From: Verrucomicrobiota bacterium
GTDB taxonomy: Bacteria > Verrucomicrobiota > Verrucomicrobiia > Opitutales > Coraliomargaritaceae
Assembly (NCBI GenBank): GCA_039815375.1
Contig: JBCBZJ010000007.1
Coordinates: forward strand, 32,001 to 96,000
Length of the DNA stretch: 64,000 bases
Reading direction: 5' to 3'
Each line of letters starts with the position of its first letter. The stretch's first letter is position 1. The translations under genes and the position numbers were made by a program. The notes beneath the pieces were generated by a model, which worked only from the letters and a program-made list of their open reading frames with translations, searched no databases and was not told the DNA's origin. Shown one piece after another: positions 11,984 through 20,677 of the stretch.

Positions 11984-13396
11984 ATGACTGAAACACCACA
12001 ACAAGAGAGAACGCGTCTCTTGGCCGCCCGATGGGAAAGCCTTGCGCCTGAACTAAAGACGAAAACTCAGCTTATTGGGAAGACTGCGGTTGCCTGCGGT
12101 GCAACGCACCACGTTATGGAGCGGTGTAACTTTTCGTGCACGTGTTGCTATTTAGGCGCGGATGCGAATAAGACGGAGCCATTGCCTTTTGAAGATGTCG
12201 CGAAACAGCTCGACGCCATTCGTGAGCACCTTGGAGATGGAGGAAAAACTCAAATTACTGCCGGAGAGGTGACACTTCTGCCGCTTGAAGAACTTGGCCG
12301 CATCGTCCGCTATGCTTTGGAAATTGGCTTGGATCCAATGGTGATGACACATGGGCAGCGATTCCTCGATGAGCCGGAGTATCTGATCGCTCTAGTCCGT
12401 GATTATGGACTGAGTAAAGTTAGCATTCACGTGGATACAACGCAGCGAGGGCGTCATGGCTGCGATAGCCGGATGTCTGAAGCCGACTTACATCGCGTGC
12501 GTGATGCGTTTGCGCAGTTGATACGACGTGTGCGTCGCGAAACCGGCTTACCTTTTGAAGCGGCATCAACGGTTACCGTCACTCAAGGGAATCTCGAATC
12601 GATGCACGCTGTGGTCGAATGGTTTTTATCGAATTGCGATGCGTTTCGTATGCTGAGCTTCCAACCAGTTGCGGATGTTGGCCGAACGCGTAAACATCAG
12701 TCTGCAGTTGAGGTTCAAAACGAAGCCCTTTGGGAGGAAGTGACTTCTGCTTGCGGGCGCGTTCTAAACGCGACGCCCATGCATTTCGGACATCCCAAGT
12801 GTAATACAACGGTCCCGATGGTGATTGCTCGTGTCGGGCGTGAACGCGTGATTTTTGAGGCGATTCGTGAAAAATCGGACGCAGATGAATCCATTTTTCA
12901 AGCAGCAGTTGAAACGATTGGCCCCGCGATGGACTGGACACGATCAATCGTCGGAAATTTACCAGCACTGCTGAAAATCATGTATTCCAAGCCTCGCTTT
13001 ACGCTCGGTGTGATGAACTACAGTATCAGACGTGTGTGGGATGAACGCCAACGAATCCTTAAACTCATCGGGCTTTCAGTGTATCAGCTCAAGCTCCCCA
13101 AAGTTAAACCTTTCATCCTCGTTGTGCATAATTTCATGAGCCCCGGCGAGATGGATACTGAAGTCGGTAAAGCACGTCTTGAGGCCTGCGTTTTTAAAGT
13201 GCCCGTCGATGGCCAAATGATTTCAATGTGCGAAATGAACGCGTCTGGACTTCGGGCCAAGATTGATCAGATGCAACTCAAGCGACCTAAGGTAGTTGAA
13301 AGCGCGCCTGATCGTTTAGCGCCCAGTCGTATTCGAGAAAGTCGATTGCATACTCCGACGCCAGAGCCTGGTCCAGTTCCGTTTGCTGAGCTTTAG
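11984..13396 (+). CDS. Radical SAM protein (MoaA-like; Tes/MJ0619-like motifs)
   Basis: CNFSCTCC (CX3CX2C), ITAGEVTL, LSFQPVADVGR, HPKC, ACVFK...SMCEMN. Confidence 0.85.
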   Translation: MTETPQQERTRLLAARWESLAPELKTKTQLIGKTAVACGATHHVMERCNFSCTCCYLGADANKTEPLPFEDVAKQLDAIREHLGDGGKTQITAGEVTLLPLEELGRIVRYALEIGLDPMVMTHGQRFLDEPEYLIALVRDYGLSKVSIHVDTTQRGRHGCDSRMSEADLHRVRDAFAQLIRRVRRETGLPFEAASTVTVTQGNLESMHAVVEWFLSNCDAFRMLSFQPVADVGRTRKHQSAVEVQNEALWEEVTSACGRVLNATPMHFGHPKCNTTVPMVIARVGRERVIFEAIREKSDADESIFQAAVETIGPAMDWTRSIVGNLPALLKIMYSKPRFTLGVMNYSIRRVWDERQRILKLIGLSVYQLKLPKVKPFILVVHNFMSPGEMDTEVGKARLEACVFKVPVDGQMISMCEMNASGLRAKIDQMQLKRPKVVESAPDRLAPSRIRESRLHTPTPEPGPVPFAEL

Positions 13397-14132
13397 ACAA
13401 GTAAGGTCTCAGGTAATGAACCAATGCAAGTTTCCGGCCTTTGCCGCCAACATCAGTGAAATCCTCGTCATACCAATCGTAGATAGATGATATCAGAATG
13501 GTGCGCGCTTCGTGGTCTATTTGAAATTGCTCTGCACTACGGACGAATTTTTCTGTTTCACGCTCCAGCTGTTGTTCCAATTGACCCGCTTCGAACGCCT
13601 CCCGTGGCAGTGCTGGACAGCCCTCGGATGCGCAGTTTAAAGCGAAATGTAATCTCGGGTCTTTATAGCGCTTGCGAATCAGTTTGTTCTCGAGCCAATA
13701 AAGGCTTCTCCGTTTGCCACCAAATTCGAATTTTTGAGCTGCAAAGAAACCACCTCCAGCAAATAGGCTATAGGCCGAGAATTTCTTCACGTCTCGAACC
13801 GATTCGATGGGGTAATGCCTGACAACTCCGTAGACCGCGGCGATATTGTAGGCGTTGAGCCAGTAGGCATATGCGGCCGCCTCGCTGCCGAAGAGCTCTG
13901 GATGAGAATCCGGTGAATACGCTCGGATCCACTCATAGGCGGCATTCAGTGTCTCGGGTTTCCTCTGGACCTCACCGTAGTTGATACGGCCTTCATTATC
14001 TACGCTCTCATGCAGAAAAGCGTTCCAGAGTGAGGTGAGTTCATGGTCTTTGGAAGCTGCGGAGGCGTTGATCAGACTGTAAAACGAGAGAACAAGAAAA
14101 AGACAGATGTTTCTGTGAGTAGAGTAGGTCAT
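13287..14132 (-). CDS. DUF547 domain exported protein
   Basis: AYWLNAYN, DPRLHFALNCASEGCP, ISSIYDWYDEDF, YDWALN motifs; signal peptide after ATG 14132. Confidence 0.9.
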   Translation of the reverse strand: MTYSTHRNICLFLVLSFYSLINASAASKDHELTSLWNAFLHESVDNEGRINYGEVQRKPETLNAAYEWIRAYSPDSHPELFGSEAAAYAYWLNAYNIAAVYGVVRHYPIESVRDVKKFSAYSLFAGGGFFAAQKFEFGGKRRSLYWLENKLIRKRYKDPRLHFALNCASEGCPALPREAFEAGQLEQQLERETEKFVRSAEQFQIDHEARTILISSIYDWYDEDFTDVGGKGRKLALVHYLRPYLSKAQQTELDQALASEYAIDFLEYDWALNDQARFQLP

Positions 14133-14267
14133 TGAGCTTAAGAGCCGACAGATTCGTTGGAATTCCCGCGGCATCGAAAGATTGAGCCTCTAAGCACTCT
14201 GAAGTCAGACGTATTTTATTTTAATGGGTAGTTCTTGTCCGTAAAGATTGATTACCTGAGGCTGAAC

Positions 14268-14400
14268 CGACGTGCCCCCAAAGTTAGTCCCAGCTAAAAT
14301 GAGAGAACTGAAGGTCTAAGTTCTAGTTGTGGTTGTGTAGTTGTAAGCCTGTTGATGCCTTCTTGCTCCCCTAGGCGCGCGCGATTTTTCCGCGAAGGCA
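14268..14400. mobile_element. Probable IS3-family (IS407-group-like) terminal remnant without transposase
   Basis: cGACGTGCCCCCAAAGTTAGTCCCAGCTAAAATGAGAG resembles IS3/IS407 terminal IRs (TGAC-N-GCCCCC...) with the terminal TG altered. No transposase ORF or partner IR seen; right boundary approximate. Confidence 0.4.
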
Positions 14401-14599
14401 GGTTCTTTGGTTTACCTCGTCGACAAGACGATCCAGCACTCGGTTTTGACTGCTGTCGGCTTAAAAGAGAGGCAAGAGTAAAAGACCCGACGTCTTTATA
14501 GGGCTCTCAAACTCAGTTACAGTTATCCTCATAGTCAGCCATGTGGCGCTGCAGTGATCCCGTGCCAGATGTCGAACGGTTGCTAGAATCTAAAGAATT

Positions 14600-15595
14600 C
14601 TACGATTGGAAGGGATGAGGTAAATCAAGGTTCGCAGCCTCTAACAGACGGTTGAGCATCTCTAAATCATTATCCCGCAGTTCAAGTTGCCCAGCCTTCG
14701 CATTCTCCAAAGCCTGAGCCCGGTTACGTGCGCCACAGAGCACATGTGTCACGGTTTGCTGAGCAATTGTCCATGCAATGACAAGTTGAGCAATCGTCAC
14801 TCCGTAAGACTCAGCCATAGGACTTATGCTGCTGAGAAAGGAATTCACTCTCTGTCGGTTCTCAACCGTGAAACGAGGACTCCAGGAACGGACGTCATCT
14901 GCTTCAAATTTTCGGCCTGTGCTCACTTTTCCGGTCAGCATTCCCATAGCCAAGGGAGAATACGCGAGAACAGAAGCCCCTGAGGTGTGTGCAAGTGGTG
15001 CGAGCTCTGCCTCGATCTCCCGGTCGATCATACTGAATTTTTCCTGAATCGAATCAAGCGACGTCACCGTCTCGTAACGCCGGAACAATTCCGCGTCCAC
15101 ATTGCAGGCGCCAATCGCCAGAATTTTTCCTTCTTCCTTCAACTTCAGCAACTCCGACATCGTCTCTTCAACTTCGGTCGTGTTGTCCGGCCAGTGGGTT
15201 TGAAGGAGATCAATTCGATCCGTTCGAAGGCGGTGCAGAGATCTTTCGACCTCCTCTCGAATTCGGACGGGTTTGAGGTTTCTGTAGATTCGAATGTCTC
15301 CATTTTCGAAAGCAAATTGACCTTCTTCGATGTCCCAGCGCATCCCAACCTTCGTTGCGATGCAGAGCTGTTCCCGTCGACCCTCAATGGCGCGGCCGAC
15401 AAGCTCTTCGGCCAGCCCTTGACCGTATATTGGTGCCGTATCAATAAAGTTTATTCCCTCATCAATCGCAGCGTGAATCGCTTCGATTGAAGCATTCTCG
15501 TCAGTGCCACCCCATTCGGAACCGCCGATTGCCCAAGTGCCTAGTACAAGCACGGATCCTTCGATCTCGGTGGTTCCTATCTGTTTCGTCTGCAT
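14600..15595 (-). CDS. Aldo/keto reductase
   Basis: LGTWAIGG, IDTAPIYG, IATKVG, DLLQTHWPD, AYSPLAMG. Confidence 0.92.
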   Translation of the reverse strand: MQTKQIGTTEIEGSVLVLGTWAIGGSEWGGTDENASIEAIHAAIDEGINFIDTAPIYGQGLAEELVGRAIEGRREQLCIATKVGMRWDIEEGQFAFENGDIRIYRNLKPVRIREEVERSLHRLRTDRIDLLQTHWPDNTTEVEETMSELLKLKEEGKILAIGACNVDAELFRRYETVTSLDSIQEKFSMIDREIEAELAPLAHTSGASVLAYSPLAMGMLTGKVSTGRKFEADDVRSWSPRFTVENRQRVNSFLSSISPMAESYGVTIAQLVIAWTIAQQTVTHVLCGARNRAQALENAKAGQLELRDNDLEMLNRLLEAANLDLPHPFQS

Positions 15596-15614
15596 GGTAT
15601 AAAATGGCTTTATT

Positions 15615-16772
15615 CTAATTTCTGAATGCTTCGTCGTCGATCATGCCATACTTGACAAGCAGCGCGGTGACTTCGTCCCAGCGGTCGGCTGACATATGCA
15701 GAAGAGGAAGCTCGTCATCACCGCGAACGTATTCACGCTCGATATCGAAACGCCTTTTCACCTCATTCGGACTATAGTCCACATCGGTTGAGTAGCGGCT
15801 CGTGATCTCTGCAGCTTGGTCCGGCTGCTCGAGGTAAAAGTCAACCGCCTCGGCGAGTGCGGCGAGAAAACGGCGAGGCAGGTCCGGATCCTTTTCGAGT
15901 GTTTCACGGCGCACCACGACGATATCGCAGTATTGCTTCCAGCCGAGGTCGTGGAAAAAGAAAGGACGCCAGTTCTGATAGCCGTTTTGCTCCAACATTC
16001 TCGGTTGTGCCAGAATCCAAGCTGCCCAGTGATCGACCACTCCGGTAATCAATGCATCCGGGGTGGAGCCGGTCCAACGAACCCGGACCCGATTCGGATC
16101 AAGATTGAAATGGTCGACCAGAAACTCAACGTAGTGGGTGCGTCCGCGAATGACGCCAATGGTAGTGTCGAGAAAATCCTCGGGTCTTACAATGTCATCG
16201 CTTGACTCCGATTGCTCGACTCCCGAGTCAAGGGAAAGATAGGCCACCGGATTTTTCTTTAGGAAAGATGCGAGGCCAACCACATCGCCGGTCGTTCGAC
16301 TCGCAGCAAAGACCGGAAGATTCATGCCGTCTGCCGTAATCGCGAAGTCCACCTGTCCGCCGACGAGTGTCTGGAGGTGGTCCCGACCTGGACCACCGGC
16401 GAATAGATCAACTTCCAAGCCCACTTGTTCAAAGAAGCCTTTCTCAATGCCGATGTAGATAGGCGAAAAACCGTCACTCATGATCCACGGCATGCCGACC
16501 CGAATCTTCCGCAACCCGGTCTTTGATTCCGCGAATCGCTCAAAGTCTTCTTCGGCAGGGAGGTATGCGTTACTCATGTATTTTTGCGCAGGAAAACGCT
16601 CTTTCACGGTGGCCAATATTTCCTCGTATTCCAAATCCGATTTCCGATCTTCGAGTTCGGTGACCTGTATCCCGGAGGTATCCGAACCGGACTTATCTCC
16701 ACAACCCGCACTAATTGAGCAGATTAAAATCGAGAAGCAAACAAGTGTAAGATGAGGAGATTTTTTCATCAT
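15615..16772 (-). CDS. ABC transporter substrate-binding lipoprotein, NMT1/THI5 (NitT/TauT) family
   Basis: Lipobox SAGC; IYIGIEKGFFEQVGLEVDLFAGGP; VVRRETLEKDPDLPRRFLAAL. Confidence 0.85.
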   Translation of the reverse strand: MMKKSPHLTLVCFSILICSISAGCGDKSGSDTSGIQVTELEDRKSDLEYEEILATVKERFPAQKYMSNAYLPAEEDFERFAESKTGLRKIRVGMPWIMSDGFSPIYIGIEKGFFEQVGLEVDLFAGGPGRDHLQTLVGGQVDFAITADGMNLPVFAASRTTGDVVGLASFLKKNPVAYLSLDSGVEQSESSDDIVRPEDFLDTTIGVIRGRTHYVEFLVDHFNLDPNRVRVRWTGSTPDALITGVVDHWAAWILAQPRMLEQNGYQNWRPFFFHDLGWKQYCDIVVVRRETLEKDPDLPRRFLAALAEAVDFYLEQPDQAAEITSRYSTDVDYSPNEVKRRFDIEREYVRGDDELPLLHMSADRWDEVTALLVKYGMIDDEAFRN

Positions 16773-17788
16773 TCAGGTTCTTTAAAATAGCGGACCGTGG
16801 GCAAAAGCTGTGACTCGGGTAGTTCGCCCAGTTCCTCATGAAAAATACGTTCGGCTTCTTCAAGACTCTCGGCAGACCGTAGCTTCATGATACCGTGCGA
16901 TACGGTTTTCGCCATCACGGCCGGATCGAAAAACAACATTACCGCAGCGAGAGGACCGACATGAACCGGTGTGCCCCACGGGCCATGGGTGTTGACCCGC
17001 CGCAGGCCGAGCTCGCCCTTCGCCGCAAGCGGTGCCAGTGGCTCGACCGGATCGGGATAAGCCTCGCAGGCTGCGATCATTTCGGCAACGTCGCCCTGGG
17101 TTAAACCATGAGCTCCGAGATAACCGCCAGCTGCCATGACAACGCCAACGCGCTCATCGAGTTCGGAAATTTGCATTTCACCATCACAACCGTAACCGGA
17201 TACCCCGTAAAAAACCGGGCAGGGCAGTTCAAGTAGTGCACCGATCGACATGAAGTCGACCAATGAGGTATGCGCGAGTTGGACTTCGTCACCGCGATGA
17301 AAGGAGTCGGAGCCAATGTCGACGCCGACGACCAGATCAATCTGCCGCTCTTCAACGAACTGTTTCAATCCGTGCGCGAGCCCGACCGGACCATTGAGAA
17401 GACTTGCGACGAATGGAGTGCCCGGAAGCATATCGGCAAGAACAGCCTCTGCCGGCTGGCAACCATTCAACTGACTATTTGTTGTGACTTTGCGAATATT
17501 CGGTGCCAACAAATCGGTCCTGCTGAGTTGGTCGATATCGTAGAGGGTCGGCCCGAGAACGGAGACACCAAAAACATCGGATTGCGGTTTTCCATCCGGC
17601 ATCCACCACTGGCAATTCACACCGCCAATGTAAACCTCCTCAAAGTTAAGTTGCCTGAAGAGTCGACCGAGCGGGATGCCCTGTATAACGTCGCCGCCGC
17701 CTCCGAGACCCATAATAAGTGCACGCTTGCTTCTCATCGCCACCTCAAGGAGTGACGGCCGAATCTTGGGTGCGGATTCCTCTTTCAT
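16769..17788 (-). CDS. DUF1152 family protein
   Basis: GLGGGGDV, VGVDIGSD, GYGCDGE motifs characteristic of DUF1152; ATGA overlap with the binding-protein gene. Confidence 0.8.
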   Translation of the reverse strand: MKEESAPKIRPSLLEVAMRSKRALIMGLGGGGDVIQGIPLGRLFRQLNFEEVYIGGVNCQWWMPDGKPQSDVFGVSVLGPTLYDIDQLSRTDLLAPNIRKVTTNSQLNGCQPAEAVLADMLPGTPFVASLLNGPVGLAHGLKQFVEERQIDLVVGVDIGSDSFHRGDEVQLAHTSLVDFMSIGALLELPCPVFYGVSGYGCDGEMQISELDERVGVVMAAGGYLGAHGLTQGDVAEMIAACEAYPDPVEPLAPLAAKGELGLRRVNTHGPWGTPVHVGPLAAVMLFFDPAVMAKTVSHGIMKLRSAESLEEAERIFHEELGELPESQLLPTVRYFKEPE

Positions 17789-17809
17789 GTATCAGAAAGT
17801 ATAGCTGGA

Positions 17810-18562
17810 TTAATCAAGTGAATGATCGGTTTTCCACCGGAAGATACGTTGGTCAGCCACACGGATGCCGATGTAGAAGACGACCGAAAGCAAACTGGCA
17901 ATCAGGGCGACCGCGTAGAGTCGATCTGCACGATACTCCGTAGTCGATTGAACGATCAAATAGCCAAGACCCTCGCTGGCAAAAAACCACTCAGCGATGA
18001 TAGCTCCAATGATGCTTCCGGTGAATGCAATTTCGTGCGCAGCCATGTAAAAGGGCAGCGCTGATGGCCAGCGAACCTTTAAAAAGACCTGCCAGCGCGA
18101 GGCGTTCAAGGTCCGCATCCGGTCCAGCAGGACATCCGGTGTGGCACGAAGTCCTTTCTTCAAGTTGGCAAGTAGTGGAAAGAAAGTAACCAGAACGACG
18201 ATAATAAGTTTCGGCCCGATCGTATCCCCCATTGTCACGATCAGGATACTCGCGATCGCGACATAGGGAATATTCCGGATAATTACCGTCCAGGGTGTGA
18301 TGAAATGCTCCAGCCCCCGAACGTATAAAAAGGAAACCGCCAGACTGACCGCGAGCAGGTTTGAAATGATATAACCTAGAATTGCAACTTTGAGCGTTGC
18401 TACGGTATGGCCGAAAAGGCTGGTGCGTTCCTCCCACAAAAGCTCCGCAACCATCTGCGGCGGCGGTAAAATGGAAGAGGGGAGCTGACTCAACGCAGTC
18501 GCCACGAACCAGACGATGGGAAGGGAAACAAGAACGAGAAGGTAGCTCTTGAATTCTCTCAT
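17810..18562 (-). CDS. ABC transporter permease, NitT/TauT family
   Basis: ILPPP, IPYVAIA, EAA-like loop, GAIIAEWF..SEGLGYLI. Confidence 0.92.
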   Translation of the reverse strand: MREFKSYLLVLVSLPIVWFVATALSQLPSSILPPPQMVAELLWEERTSLFGHTVATLKVAILGYIISNLLAVSLAVSFLYVRGLEHFITPWTVIIRNIPYVAIASILIVTMGDTIGPKLIIVVLVTFFPLLANLKKGLRATPDVLLDRMRTLNASRWQVFLKVRWPSALPFYMAAHEIAFTGSIIGAIIAEWFFASEGLGYLIVQSTTEYRADRLYAVALIASLLSVVFYIGIRVADQRIFRWKTDHSLD

Positions 18563-19344
18563 TTCGCCATTCCTTCCGTGATCTCGTAGAGCTTACTTCG
18601 AATCTCGGCAACCAACTCCAAAAAGTCTTTTTCGCTGCGCAACTTCCGCGAGCGCGGTTGGGCAAAAGGGATGTTGATAATCTCTGAAATACGCCCCGGG
18701 CGGGGTGAGAGTAGGGCGATACGGTCTGCCAGCATAACGGCCTCGTCGACACTATGGGTAATCAAGACTGCCGTTTGCTTGCTCTCCTGAAGAATCGAAC
18801 TCAGCCATTCGCCAAGTAGCTCCCGCGTCAACTCGTCGAGTGCTCCAAAAGGCTCGTCCAGCAAGACCAGCGACGGATCATGGACCAGTGCACACGCGAT
18901 GTTAGCGCGTTGACGCATCCCGCCGGAAAGTTCGTGCGGGTAAGCGTCCATGAATTCACCAAGCCCAAACTGCTCAAGGATCTCCTCGACACTCCGTTGT
19001 GGTTGAGCACCGGTCACTTCGAGAGAAAGGGCAACATTGCGTCGCGCACTGCGCGAATCAACCAGGGCCGGTTGTTGGAAAGCGACACCAACCTGTGCGC
19101 CACGGCAAGCCTCTTCCGGGGACACTCCAAAGACCTGAACCTTTCCGTCAGTGGGAGTTTCCAGACCGGCGAAAATACGCAGCAGGGTCGTTTTTCCGCA
19201 GCCCGAAGGCCCGATCAGCGCGACGAATTCACCTGAATCGATACTAAGGTTGATATCGCGCAACGCCTCGACTGTTCCATCGAAGGATTTTGACAGTTGA
19301 GAGGCAACGACTGCTCCGCCTGGGCTCATGTTTGGTGCAAACAT
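18559..19344 (-). CDS. ABC transporter ATP-binding protein, NitT/TauT family
   Basis: GPSGCGKTT, LSGGMRQR, LLDEPFGALD, ITHSVDEA; start 19344 or 19329. Confidence 0.95.
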   Translation of the reverse strand: MFAPNMSPGGAVVASQLSKSFDGTVEALRDINLSIDSGEFVALIGPSGCGKTTLLRIFAGLETPTDGKVQVFGVSPEEACRGAQVGVAFQQPALVDSRSARRNVALSLEVTGAQPQRSVEEILEQFGLGEFMDAYPHELSGGMRQRANIACALVHDPSLVLLDEPFGALDELTRELLGEWLSSILQESKQTAVLITHSVDEAVMLADRIALLSPRPGRISEIINIPFAQPRSRKLRSEKDFLELVAEIRSKLYEITEGMAK

Positions 19345-19457
19345 CTAGGAAGAGTGGGGATCAGGACCTTCTTCGTCGGCTTCCAAGGCAGTAACCAACA
19401 TGGCATAGTGTCAGGAAAAAGTAGCAGTGAGCCTTACCCGTAAACATAGCATCGGGG

Positions 19458-19474
19458 AGCTTTTTCCATGCCAA
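19458..19474 (-). promoter_or_regulatory. Candidate sigma54 (-24/-12) promoter for the ABC operon
   Basis: Minus strand TTGGCATGGAAAAAGCT has exact GG-N10-GC spacing; -12 element imperfect (AAGC rather than TTGC). Confidence 0.35.
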
Positions 19475-19636
19475 TCGCCCTTTATGCCACTACGAAAGGT
19501 CTCGGTCGCACGGTCTGCTCCGCCCTTCAATCCGGAGGGTCCGACCTTGGCTTGGATTCTGCTCAACAGTCATTGTGGCCCACCGTTCGACCTTTTTCTT
19601 AAAACTTCGTTTAGGCCCCTTCTGGCATATGATTCG

Positions 19637-20674
19637 ATGAGTTCGATGGAGAGACCTGGTGTTACCCAAGCAAGCGAATTGCAGAAGTTTCGGGAACTTA
19701 TGCAGAAGCTTCCAAAAACGGATATGCATTTGCACATTGAGGGCTCCATCAGCCTTTCTGAATATGCTGAGGTCAACGAGATCAAGGCCGGCTGGGAGCC
19801 ACCGGGATGGGGCCTGGATTATCGTTATCCGAACTTTACTGTTTTTGAAGAATTCATTTTAGGTTATGCCGATCAATGGTTCAACAGTCCCGAACGCTAC
19901 GCCCGCTCGGCGAAAAGTTTATTCGAACGAAAGATCGCGGAGGGTGTTCGCTACCTCGAATGCAGTTTTGCCTTCATTGTTTGCGAGCAACAGGAACTTC
20001 CGGTTGATGAGATTGTTGATGCGATTATTTCAGTCGTGCCGAATGGGCTGCATGTCCGTCTTTTCTGCGGACTTCATCACACGAGTTGGTCCACGAAGAC
20101 GCGACCCGCTCTTGAGCGGTTGATTGAACTCAACGCTCTAACCGGGATCGATCTGCACGGTCCTGAGCTCTATCCGGTTCGTGAGTGGATGTTGGACTAT
20201 TGGCCAGCGGCACAGGATCGGGGTAAATTCACTAAAGCACATGCGGGCGAGCTGGGAGGTGCATGGCATGTCACCGAGGCGGTCGAAAAGCTTGGCGTGC
20301 GTCGTATCGAGCATGGGTTTCGAGCCATTGAAGACGATGCCGTCGTCGATTTACTACGTGCTGAGAATGTCCTCCTCGATGTCTGTCCAATTAGCAATTA
20401 CAAGCTTCAGACGGTGAACTCGTATCAGGACCATCCGATGATTCAGTTGCTTGAAAGAGGTATTTCAATGACCATCAATACCGACGACCCTTTCATTTTT
20501 GGGAATACGATCACCGACGAATTCGATGTGCTTGCAAGAGAAACTTCGCTTTCAAAAAAGACACTTTTGCAACTGGCCCGCAATGGTTTCGAATATGCCC
20601 TTCTTTCAGATGAAGAGCGATGCGTTTTACTAGCTGAATTTGATGAGACGGTAGAGGGGGTGGCCTTATCTTGA
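19637..20674 (+). CDS. Adenosine/adenine deaminase family amidohydrolase
   Basis: KTDMHLHIEGS, HAGE, RIEHG, VCPISN, NTDDP. True start likely 19637 or 19646, not 19427. Confidence 0.9.
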   Translation: MSSMERPGVTQASELQKFRELMQKLPKTDMHLHIEGSISLSEYAEVNEIKAGWEPPGWGLDYRYPNFTVFEEFILGYADQWFNSPERYARSAKSLFERKIAEGVRYLECSFAFIVCEQQELPVDEIVDAIISVVPNGLHVRLFCGLHHTSWSTKTRPALERLIELNALTGIDLHGPELYPVREWMLDYWPAAQDRGKFTKAHAGELGGAWHVTEAVEKLGVRRIEHGFRAIEDDAVVDLLRAENVLLDVCPISNYKLQTVNSYQDHPMIQLLERGISMTINTDDPFIFGNTITDEFDVLARETSLSKKTLLQLARNGFEYALLSDEERCVLLAEFDETVEGVALS

Positions 20675-20677
20675 GCC

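Noticed and set aside
14480..14500. AAAGAC-CCGAC-GTCTTT small palindrome, REP-like
   Set aside because: Single copy, 6-bp stem, no RAYT gene in the window
17991..18752. 253-aa alternative-frame ORF across the ABC ATPase and permease
   Set aside because: Overlaps two clear genes on the same strand; no recognisable motifs
19427..19636. 70-aa N-terminal extension of the deaminase ORF
   Set aside because: No domain similarity; occupies the divergent promoter region; later ATGs fit the family length
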